32,000 bases of DNA from Megasphaera elsdenii DSM 20460 (GTDB taxonomy: Bacteria; Bacillota; Negativicutes; Veillonellales; Megasphaeraceae): NCBI RefSeq assembly GCF_003010495.1, contig NZ_CP027570.1, forward strand, positions 600,001 to 632,000, read 5' to 3'. A program made the translations under genes and the position numbers. Below are positions 9,035-16,750 of the stretch, in pieces. The stretch's first letter is position 1, and each line of letters opens with the position of its first letter. Under the pieces are notes generated by a model, which was not told the origin of the DNA, made no database searches, and was given only the letters and a program-made list of their open reading frames with translations.

Positions 9035-9715
9035 ATGGAAGAACTCATCCAAAAACTCTGCACCTATCATCGCCCAGGCGTCTTCAATCCCTGGTCCGAA
9101 TACGACGAATCCTGTGACCTCGGTCCGGACGCCCCGGCCATCCGCTGCCAGCAGCTGCGTGACTACCTGGCGCCGCGCCTGTCCAAGGCCCGCATCGTCC
9201 TCGTCGCCGAAGCCGCTGGCTACCAGGGCTGCCGCTTCACAGGCATCCCCATCACCTGCGAACGCATGCTCCTGGACCAGCATAAACAGATAGGCTCCGC
9301 CATCATCCTGGGCCATCGCGGCCAGCGCACGAGCCGGCCCGACAGCCCTTACATGACCAGCCGGCCCCAGCGGGAAAAAGGCATGAATGAACCGACGGAC
9401 ACCTATGTCTGGGGTGCCGTTGTCGATAACGGCCTGGATCCGCGCGACGTCCTGTTATGGAACATCTTTCCCTTCCATCCTTATAAGGCTTCGCCTTTTT
9501 CCAACCGCACGCCGACGGACAGCGAGCTGGCCGAAGGCCTCGTATACGCCAAAGCCCTGCTGCAGTACTGCCGTCCCGATATCCGCCTGGCCGCCATCGG
9601 CAGGAAATCGGCAGAAACCCTGCAAAATGCCGGCTTCCCGGCCCTGGCCATGCGCCATCCGGCAAACGGTGGTGCCAGCCTCTTCCGGGAACAGTTCGCA
9701 CGTTTTTCCCAATAA
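9035..9715 (+). CDS. Uracil-DNA glycosylase superfamily protein (divergent)
   Basis: Track ORF 8969..9715. Start at ATG 9035 after AGGAGGA. Motif-A-like VLVAEAAGYQGCRFTGIPIT and motif-B-like RHPANGGA. Only 16 nt separate it from the upstream GT-C gene. Confidence 0.6.
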   Translation: MEELIQKLCTYHRPGVFNPWSEYDESCDLGPDAPAIRCQQLRDYLAPRLSKARIVLVAEAAGYQGCRFTGIPITCERMLLDQHKQIGSAIILGHRGQRTSRPDSPYMTSRPQREKGMNEPTDTYVWGAVVDNGLDPRDVLLWNIFPFHPYKASPFSNRTPTDSELAEGLVYAKALLQYCRPDIRLAAIGRKSAETLQNAGFPALAMRHPANGGASLFREQFARFSQ

Positions 9716-9792
9716 TTCCTTTAAAAAATCGGTTAAATTTGATTTTTACATTAAATTTATCAGCGTTTTTACGAAAACATGCAAGAAAATCA

Positions 9793-9821
9793 TTGCATCG
9801 ACTTCACAAATTGTTTATAAT
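9793..9821 (+). promoter_or_regulatory. gltB promoter
   Basis: TTGCAT (9793-9798), 17-nt spacer, TATAAT (9816-9821), in the AT-rich 187-nt gap before gltB. Confidence 0.6.
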
Positions 9822-9902
9822 CATAGGTACACCACAGTATATACGAGCCTTCTCTCTCATACAGTGACGGCTCGTTTTTGTATACCCAAAGGGGGATTAC
9901 GT

Positions 9903-12900
9903 ATGAATAAAGAAATGCGCGATCTGCCGAGCCCGCAGGGCCTGTACGATCCGTCATATGAACACGATGCCTGTGGCATCGGTATCGTTGCCAATATAAA
10001 AGGGAAGAAGTCCTACGGCATCATCGACGATGCCCTGACCATCCTGGAAAACCTCCGTCACCGCGGTGCCGAAGGGGCCGACGCCAACAGCGGCGACGGC
10101 GCCGGCATCCTGGTCCAGATTCCACACCAGTTCTTTAAACGCGAATGTGAAGTCCTGGGCTTTTCCCTGCCCGACGAAGGCGAATACGGCGTCGGCATGA
10201 TTTTTGCCCACCGCTATGAAACGTTCCGCAAGAAACAGATGGAAGCCTTTGAAGACATCGTCCGCTCCGAAGGCCTGTCCATCCTCGGCTGGCGCGACGT
10301 CCCGGTCGATGAAAGCCTGATCGGCAATATCGCCAAACAGACGTGTCCCCATTTCCTGCAGGTCTTCATCCGCAAAGACCCGACCATGAAGACCCAAATG
10401 GACTTTGAACGGAAACTGTACGTCATCCGCAAACTGGCCGAAAAAGCCATCGTCCCGGAAAGCCAGAAGAACGGCACGGACTTCTACATCGCCAGCCTGT
10501 CGTCGAAGACCATCGTCTACAAGGGCATGCTGACGTCTATGCAGCTGCGCCACTTCTTCCTCGACCTGTCGGACCTGGATTTCGTCACATCCATGGCTCT
10601 CATCCATTCCCGTTTCAGTACCAATACCTTCCCCAGCTGGGCCCGGGCCCATCCGAACCGTTATATCGTCCACAATGGGGAAATCAACACTATCCAGGGC
10701 AATATCAACTGGCTCAACGCCCGTGAAGGCAAGTCGAAATCGGACTTCTTCCCGGATATGGAAAAAGTCTTCCCCGTCGTCGACGATACGGGCAGCGACT
10801 CGTCCATGTTCGACAACTGCCTGGAATACTTGTACATGACAGGCCACTCCCTGCCCCACGCCATGATGATGATGATTCCGGAACCTTGGGAACGGGATCC
10901 CCTCATGAGCGATGAAAAACGTGATTTCTACCGCTACCATAACTTCATGCTCGAACAGTGGGACGGCCCGGCAGCTATCGGCTTCTGCGACGGCACGGTC
11001 ATCGGCGGCATGCTCGACCGCAACGGCCTGCGCCCGGCCCGCTACTATGTCACCCGCGACGACCGGGTCATCGTAAGTTCCGAAGTCGGCGTCGTCAACA
11101 TCCCGCCGGAAGACGTCCTCTATAAAGGCCGCCTGGAACCGGGCAAGATGCTCCTCGTCGATACGAATAAACAGCGCATCATCGACGACGACGAAATCAA
11201 GCATGAAATCGCCACGGAACACCCCTACCATGAATGGTACAAAGAACATATCGTCAACCTCGACGATCTCATGACGGGCCAGAACATCGCCAACAGCGAT
11301 GCCATCATCCCCTATGACCTGAAGGAACAGGAAAAGGTCTTCGGCTATACCCAGGAAGACATGGACAAAGTCATCCTGCCCATGGCCCGCGATGCCCAGC
11401 ACGCCATCGACTCCATGGGCGTCGACGTACCTTTGGCCGTCCTCAACGACCGTCCGCAGCTCCTCTATGATTATTTCAAAGAAAACTTTGCCCAGGTCAC
11501 CAACCCGGCTATCGACGGCGTCCGCGAAAAGACGGTCATGTCGTCGGCAGTCATGGCCGGCAACGTCGCCAACATCATGGAACCGAACGAAGCATCGACG
11601 GCAGCCTTATACCTCAAAGGACCGATCCTGACCAACGAACAGATGTCGGTCATCAAGTCCCTCATGACGCCGAAACTGCGTGCAGCCACGCTGTCCATGC
11701 TCTATCCCGTCAACAGCGGTGCCGAAGGCATGGAAACGGCCATCGAATCGCTGTGCATCGACGCCTTGAAGGCCATCAAGAACGGCGCCAACATCCTCGT
11801 CCTGTCCGACCGCGGCGTCAACTCCCGCATGGCCGCCATCCCGGCCCTCCTGGCCTCGGCAGCCCTGCACCATTACCTCATCGACAAGGCCGTCCGTTCC
11901 GACGTCGGCCTCATCCTGGAATCGGGCGAACCGCGCGAAGTCCATCACTTCTGCACCCTCATCGGCTACGGCATTACGGCCATCAACCCGTACATCGCCC
12001 TGGAATCGATCAAGGAACTCATTGCCAACAAGAAGCTCCAGAAAATCGATTATGAAACGGCCAAACAGAACTACATCGACGCCGCCGTCAAAGGCATCCT
12101 GGCCGTCATGTCCAAGATGGGCATTTCTACAGTCCACAGCTACCACGGCGCACAGATTTTTGAAGCCGTCGGCATCAAGCAGGACTTGATCGACAAATAT
12201 TTCTGCAACACGCCGTCCCGCATCGAAGGCCTGGGCATTGCCGAAATCGCCAAAGAAAACGCCCTGCGCCACGAAGAAGCGTACAGCACAGGCGATAAAT
12301 TGGAACGGGGCGACTTCTATCAGTACCATAAAGGCGGCCAGCCGCACATCATCGACCCGGAAACGGTCCAGCTCCTGCAGAAGGCCGTCCAGAACGACGA
12401 CTATGCGACGTATAAGAAATACGCCGACCACGTCAACCGCCAGACTATCTTCCGCCTGCGCGACCTCTTGGATTTCGAATATCCTGCCGGCAGCAGCATC
12501 CCTATCGAAGAAGTCGAACCGGTCGACTCCATCGTCAAGCGCTTCCGCACTGGTGCCATGAGTTACGGCGCCCTCAGCAAGGAAGCCCATGAATGTGTCG
12601 CTACGGCCATGAATCGCTTAGGCGGCATGAGCAACACCGGTGAAGGCGGCGAAGACTCGGCCCGCTTCAATACGGAAACGAACGACCGCATCAAACAGGT
12701 CGCCTCGGCCCGTTTCGGCGTCACCAGCGATTACCTCATCCACGCCGACGAACTGCAGATTAAATGCTCGCAGGGGGCAAAACCGGGTGAAGGCGGCCAT
12801 CTGCCGGGCAATAAAGTCTACCCGGACATCGCCAAGACCCGTCATGCTACGACCGGTGTCGCCCTCATTTCACCTCCGCCTCATCACGATATCTACTCCA

Positions 12901-14465
12901 TCGAAGACCTGGCCGAACTTATCTTCGACCTCAAGAACGCCAACCGCAAGGCTACGATCGGCGTCAAATTGACGTCCGGCGCCGGCATCGGCACGATTGC
13001 AGCCGGTGTCGTCAAAGCAAAAGCCGACGACATCGTCGTCAGCGGCTATGACGGCGGGACCGGCGCTTCGCCGCGTACCAGCCTGCGCCATGCCGGCCTG
13101 CCCTGGGAAATCGGCCTGTCCGAAGTCCAGCAGACACTGCTCCTCAACCGCCTGCGCGACCGCGTCACCCTGGAAGTCGACGGCAAACTGCTCACCGGCC
13201 GCGACGTCGCCATCGCCGCCCTCTTCGGCGCTGAAGTCTTCGGTTTCGGTACGGCGCCGCTCCTGGCCATCGGCTGCCATATGCTGCGTGTCTGCCACCT
13301 CAACACCTGCCCGTACGGCGTCTGCACACAGGACGAAAAACTGCGCAAACGCTTCAAGGGCAAACCGGAATACATCATCAACTTCATGCGCTTCGTCGCA
13401 CAGGACCTGCGGGAAATCATGGCCCGCCTGGGCTTCCATACCATCGACGAAATGGTCGGCCGCTACGATTGCCTGAAACAGCGCGATCACTTCGGCAACT
13501 GGAAAGCCAAGACGGTCAACCTGAAGAACCTCCTGTACCGTCCGTACACCGACGCTTCCGTCGGCCAGCACTTCACAACACCTCAGGACCACAAGATCAA
13601 CACGACCCTGGATATGTCCAAACTGGTCCGCATGTGCCGTCCGGCCCTGGAAGAACAGAAACATATCCGCGCCCGCCTGCGCATCAAGAATACGGACCGC
13701 GTCACCGGGACCATCCTGGGCAGTGAAATCACCAAACGCTATGGCGAAAAAGGCCTGGCCGAAGACACGATCATCTTGTCCTTCGTCGGTTCGGCCGGCC
13801 AGAGTTTCGGCGCCTTCATCCCCCATGGCCTGACACTGACCCTGGAAGGCGATGCCAACGATTACCTCGGCAAAGGCCTGTCGGGTGGCAAGATCATCGT
13901 ATCGCCGCCGCGGGAATCGGTCTTCCCGGCGGAAGACAACATCATCATCGGCAACGTCGCCTTCTACGGCGCGACCAGCGGCGAAGCTTACATCAACGGC
14001 ACGGCCGGTGAACGCTTCTGCGTCCGCAACAGCGGCATCAGCGCCGTCGTCGAAGGCGTCGGCAACCACGGCTGCGAATACATGACCGGCGGCCGGGTCC
14101 TCATCCTCGGCCAGACAGGGCGCAACTTTGCTGCCGGCATGTCCGGCGGTATCGCCTACGTCTATGACCTGGATCCGAACAAATGCAATAAAGACCTGGT
14201 CAAACTGGAACCGCTCACGGATGACGATGAAAAAGCGGCCGTCAAGACGATGTTGGAAAAACACGTCAAATACACGGACAGCAACTTGGGCCATATCCTC
14301 TTAGAAAACTGGGACGACACCGTCACTCACCTGACCAAAGTCATCCCCGAAGCCTATGAAGAAATGGTCGCCCTCATCGCCCAGGCGGAAGCCGAAGGCC
14401 ATACCGACCAAGAAGCACACATGATTGCATTCGAAAAGAAACACGGAAAGAACGGAAAGAAATAA
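9903..14465 (+). CDS. gltB: Glutamate synthase large subunit
   Basis: Track ORF 9387..14465. The real start is ATG 9903 (MNKEMRDLPSPQGLYDPSYEHDACGIGIVANIKG...) after AAGGGGGA, giving 1520 aa. It has the Ntn-amidotransferase Cys (HDACGIG), the FMN/3Fe-4S central domains and the C-terminal GXGXG beta-helix region. Confidence 0.95.
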   Translation: MNKEMRDLPSPQGLYDPSYEHDACGIGIVANIKGKKSYGIIDDALTILENLRHRGAEGADANSGDGAGILVQIPHQFFKRECEVLGFSLPDEGEYGVGMIFAHRYETFRKKQMEAFEDIVRSEGLSILGWRDVPVDESLIGNIAKQTCPHFLQVFIRKDPTMKTQMDFERKLYVIRKLAEKAIVPESQKNGTDFYIASLSSKTIVYKGMLTSMQLRHFFLDLSDLDFVTSMALIHSRFSTNTFPSWARAHPNRYIVHNGEINTIQGNINWLNAREGKSKSDFFPDMEKVFPVVDDTGSDSSMFDNCLEYLYMTGHSLPHAMMMMIPEPWERDPLMSDEKRDFYRYHNFMLEQWDGPAAIGFCDGTVIGGMLDRNGLRPARYYVTRDDRVIVSSEVGVVNIPPEDVLYKGRLEPGKMLLVDTNKQRIIDDDEIKHEIATEHPYHEWYKEHIVNLDDLMTGQNIANSDAIIPYDLKEQEKVFGYTQEDMDKVILPMARDAQHAIDSMGVDVPLAVLNDRPQLLYDYFKENFAQVTNPAIDGVREKTVMSSAVMAGNVANIMEPNEASTAALYLKGPILTNEQMSVIKSLMTPKLRAATLSMLYPVNSGAEGMETAIESLCIDALKAIKNGANILVLSDRGVNSRMAAIPALLASAALHHYLIDKAVRSDVGLILESGEPREVHHFCTLIGYGITAINPYIALESIKELIANKKLQKIDYETAKQNYIDAAVKGILAVMSKMGISTVHSYHGAQIFEAVGIKQDLIDKYFCNTPSRIEGLGIAEIAKENALRHEEAYSTGDKLERGDFYQYHKGGQPHIIDPETVQLLQKAVQNDDYATYKKYADHVNRQTIFRLRDLLDFEYPAGSSIPIEEVEPVDSIVKRFRTGAMSYGALSKEAHECVATAMNRLGGMSNTGEGGEDSARFNTETNDRIKQVASARFGVTSDYLIHADELQIKCSQGAKPGEGGHLPGNKVYPDIAKTRHATTGVALISPPPHHDIYSIEDLAELIFDLKNANRKATIGVKLTSGAGIGTIAAGVVKAKADDIVVSGYDGGTGASPRTSLRHAGLPWEIGLSEVQQTLLLNRLRDRVTLEVDGKLLTGRDVAIAALFGAEVFGFGTAPLLAIGCHMLRVCHLNTCPYGVCTQDEKLRKRFKGKPEYIINFMRFVAQDLREIMARLGFHTIDEMVGRYDCLKQRDHFGNWKAKTVNLKNLLYRPYTDASVGQHFTTPQDHKINTTLDMSKLVRMCRPALEEQKHIRARLRIKNTDRVTGTILGSEITKRYGEKGLAEDTIILSFVGSAGQSFGAFIPHGLTLTLEGDANDYLGKGLSGGKIIVSPPRESVFPAEDNIIIGNVAFYGATSGEAYINGTAGERFCVRNSGISAVVEGVGNHGCEYMTGGRVLILGQTGRNFAAGMSGGIAYVYDLDPNKCNKDLVKLEPLTDDDEKAAVKTMLEKHVKYTDSNLGHILLENWDDTVTHLTKVIPEAYEEMVALIAQAEAEGHTDQEAHMIAFEKKHGKNGKK

Positions 14466-14501
14466 AAAAAAGGCGCTGTCGCGATGCGACAGCGCCTTTT
14501 T
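14464..14501. terminator. Bidirectional intrinsic terminator after gltB
   Basis: A8 run, GGCGCTGTCGC-gat-GCGACAGCGCC, T5 run, directly after the TAA stop. Confidence 0.85.
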
Positions 14502-14535
14502 AGTGGTTAGCAGCTAGTGACTAGGGGTTAGCGGA
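14501..14535 (+). repeat. Five phased heptads, each starting with TAG
   Basis: TAGTGGT TAGCAGC TAGTGAC TAGGGGT TAGCGGA. The TAG triplets fall at 14501, 14508, 14515, 14522 and 14529 (exact period 7). Confidence 0.7.
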
Positions 14536-14594
14536 TGGCCAAACCTTCGTGTGACATTCTTTTTAAATTGTTCGTTGTTCGGGATAAAGTGCAG

Positions 14595-14880
14595 GAATAC
14601 AAAAGGCTCCCATACTAGGGGAGCTGGCCGCCAACGGCGGTCTGAGAGGTTCTTCTGGAGAGGTTACCGTCGGCCGCCTGGCCCCTGGCTGGTTCGCGTG
14701 CTCCACTCCTCTTGCCGAGAGTGCCATTTTCTGGCGTGCTGAAACTCGCTACGCTCAAACAAAGCAGCACGCCGGACGCAAATAGCACGCACGGCATCCT
14801 ACACGGTCCATAATGACCGTGCAGGCCGAGGTCGTTCCCGCAATGTCACCAGCCAGGGGCCAGGCATCCGACTTGATTTG
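14595..14880 (-). ncRNA. Candidate orphan structured RNA (family unknown, strand tentative)
   Basis: GC-rich island flanked by AT-rich DNA with no credible ORF. A perfect 18-bp long-range helix (14676-14693 with 14848-14865) extends by 5 bp (14669-14673 with 14868-14872). It encloses hairpins 14812-18/14825-31 (7 bp), 14733-41/14765-73 (9 bp), 14696-702/14784-90 (7 bp) and 14704-08/14719-23. On the minus strand a GCUCCC/GGGAGC hairpin followed by CUUUUGUAUU (14621-14595) resembles a terminator. Confidence 0.35.
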
Positions 14881-14906
14881 CTATACTAATAATAAATTGA
14901 TATAAG
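14878..14906 (+). promoter_or_regulatory. Extended -10 promoter for the YjbR-like gene
   Basis: TTGCTA (14878-14883), 17-nt spacer, TGaTATAAG (14898-14906). Confidence 0.45.
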
Positions 14907-15003
14907 GATTTTTCTGATATATAATTAATGAAACAACAAATTCTCTTTGAGTTTGCTGCTTCATTTTTGGGAGATAGTATTTAGAAAAAGAGGTGCTGGC
15001 CCG

Positions 15004-15690
15004 ATGATTCCCATCGAGGAAACTGTCTTTTCCCGCAAACGGTGGATAGAAAGTAAAATGCTCGCCTATGGCTTTCATAAAGCAAACAAAACTTATATTC
15101 TTGAAAAACCATTTCTTGACGGAGATTTCAAAACCGTCCTTTCCGTTACCCCCAAAGGACAGGTGACGGGCAAGGTCATCGATTCGATGACCCAGGATGA
15201 GTACTATCAGCTGCGACAGGAAACGGCTACTGGGCCTTATGTGAACCGGGTCCGTTCTGCCTATCGCTCCCTGCTCACGGATATTGCAGATTCCTGCTGC
15301 AGCGACGTCCTGTTTGCTTCATCTCAGGCCAACCGGCTGACCCAGGCCATCTTGGACCATTTCCAGGTCAAACCGGATTTTCCCTGGGAACATTCCGCCC
15401 GGTATCAGTCATACGGAGCCTTTCGCCATAGGTCCAACCGGAAATGGTTTGCCCTCATCATGAATGTAACAAGAGATGTGCTGAATAAAGATGGAAACAC
15501 GTCTCCCATCGATATCCTAAATGTAAAGATTTCCCCAGCACAGGGAGAAGAGCTACGGAAAACCCCCGGCATCTATCCCGCTTACCACATGAATCACAAG
15601 ACATGGATTTCTGTGGTCCTGGATGAAACCTTAGCGGATGAAAAGATTGGGGAGCTCATCAACACCAGCTATCAGTTAACGACCACTTAG
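15004..15690 (+). CDS. MmcQ/YjbR family DNA-binding protein with N-terminal extra domain
   Basis: Track ORF 14947..15690. Start at ATG 15004 after AAGAGGTG. The C-terminal half (...FRHRSNRKWFALIMNV...YPAYHMNHKTWISVVLDE...) matches the YjbR/CyaY-like fold family. Confidence 0.7.
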   Translation: MIPIEETVFSRKRWIESKMLAYGFHKANKTYILEKPFLDGDFKTVLSVTPKGQVTGKVIDSMTQDEYYQLRQETATGPYVNRVRSAYRSLLTDIADSCCSDVLFASSQANRLTQAILDHFQVKPDFPWEHSARYQSYGAFRHRSNRKWFALIMNVTRDVLNKDGNTSPIDILNVKISPAQGEELRKTPGIYPAYHMNHKTWISVVLDETLADEKIGELINTSYQLTTT

Positions 15691-15707
15691 CCTGGTGGGA
15701 TAAGCCC

Positions 15708-15736
15708 TTGCACCCCTCCTTTCCCTCGTGTATACT
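15708..15736 (+). promoter_or_regulatory. Promoter for the EamA transporter gene
   Basis: TTGCAC (15708-15713), 17-nt spacer, TATACT (15731-15736). Confidence 0.5.
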
Positions 15737-15777
15737 ATAGGGACAAATAGGTAGCCGCAGGCAGAGGAGGTCTTAGT

Positions 15778-16677
15778 ATGACAAAAACGCAGCATGGTAT
15801 CATAGCTTGTGTCATCGGGGCGACATCATGGGGTTTCAATGGGGTCGTCAGCCAGTTCCTGCTTTCTCATTATACCGTAGAACCGTCGTGGCTGGCGTCG
15901 ATACGCATGTGCCTGGCCGGCCTGTTCCTGACCCTCATGATTTGGCCGACAAAGAAGGCCGAAATACGTCTTATGCTTCATGACCCGATCAGCCTGCGCC
16001 AATTAATTCTTTTTGCCCTCTTCGGTCTTATTTTGAGCCAGTTTTCTTATTTATCAGCCATAAAGAACTCGAATGCCGGCACGGCGACGGTCTTGCAAAC
16101 ATTAAGTGTCGTTTTCATGTCTCTTTATTTAGCCGTCCGTTTTCACAAACGGCCCACAGCCAGGGAAATCATATCGGTCTTCCTGGCCTTTGGCGGCGTC
16201 TATCTAGCCGCAACAGATGGGACTCCATCGGCAATGGTCATTTCCCCTTTAGGACTGACTTGGGGGCTTATTGGCGCCGTTGCCTGTGTCACCTATCCCG
16301 TCTTGTCTCAAGGGCTGGCCGCGAATTGGGGCGCCGCTGTCGCCAACGGGTTAGGCATGATGATCGGCGGGCTGTTCCTGAGCGTATCTTGTCAGGTCTG
16401 GACACTCTGGCCTGTTTTGGACCTGACGGGCTGGCTGGCCGTCGCTTTTATCATCATCATCGGCACGGCCTTGTCCTTTACGGCTTTCGTCACAGGCATC
16501 AGCGAAATCGGACCGATGAAAGCGACGCTCCTGGGAACGCTGGAACCGGTCATCGCTTCCGTAGTTTCGGCTATCGCCTTGGGCACGACCTTCCATACGG
16601 TTGAACTCATCGGTTATGCCTGCATCATCGCGACGGTCTTCATCATCATCTTGCAGAAGAAACCAGCTATTTCGTAA
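15778..16677 (+). CDS. EamA/DMT superfamily transporter
   Basis: 299 aa with 10 predicted TM helices arranged as two EamA-like halves. GAGGAGG lies 7 nt upstream of the ATG. Confidence 0.8.
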   Translation: MTKTQHGIIACVIGATSWGFNGVVSQFLLSHYTVEPSWLASIRMCLAGLFLTLMIWPTKKAEIRLMLHDPISLRQLILFALFGLILSQFSYLSAIKNSNAGTATVLQTLSVVFMSLYLAVRFHKRPTAREIISVFLAFGGVYLAATDGTPSAMVISPLGLTWGLIGAVACVTYPVLSQGLAANWGAAVANGLGMMIGGLFLSVSCQVWTLWPVLDLTGWLAVAFIIIIGTALSFTAFVTGISEIGPMKATLLGTLEPVIASVVSAIALGTTFHTVELIGYACIIATVFIIILQKKPAIS

Positions 16678-16750
16678 TACGTACTTTTCGTGTATAATAA
16701 GAGATGAACGACTAATGTTTTTTTCATCTTTGAAGAAAGGTGTGTTACTT

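Noticed and set aside
9387-9902. 5' extension of the gltB ORF, giving 1692 aa and overlapping the UDG-like gene.
   Set aside because: The extension runs through another gene's frame and then through an AT-rich promoter region with TTGCAT-17-TATAAT. A good SD and the canonical MNKEMRD...HDACGIG N-terminus begin at 9903.
9954-14294. Three very long minus-strand ORFs inside gltB (9954..11402, 482 aa; 11607..12590, 327 aa; 12870..14294, 474 aa).
   Set aside because: They are antisense shadows of a GC3-rich gene. Their composition is dominated by D/V/A/G/R/F runs, they have no SD, and they lie entirely inside an unambiguous 1520-aa glutamate synthase frame.
14551-14797. Small ORFs (63 aa on plus, 60 aa on minus) inside the structured intergenic element.
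   Set aside because: They have no SD, an implausible Arg/Gly/Pro-rich composition, and they overlap each other on opposite strands. The region is better explained by extensive base-pairing.
14595-14880. Identity of the structured element as tmRNA, RNase P RNA, SRP RNA, 6S RNA, or a cobalamin, TPP, lysine or c-di-GMP riboswitch.
   Set aside because: By eye I could not find the diagnostic motifs. Missing are GGUUCGA-type T-arm plus CCACCA; GAGGAAAGUCC and ACAGAA.CCGGCUUA; GGUCCGGAAGGAAGCAGC; the B12 box; and CUGAGA plus ACCUGAUCUGG. Partial matches such as GGACGCAAA and CUGAGA are isolated. A covariance-model scan is still needed.
14466-15003. A gltD small-subunit gene or other CDS immediately downstream of gltB.
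   Set aside because: No ORF longer than 63 aa exists in any frame. The region is occupied by a terminator, the heptad array, the structured element and a promoter.
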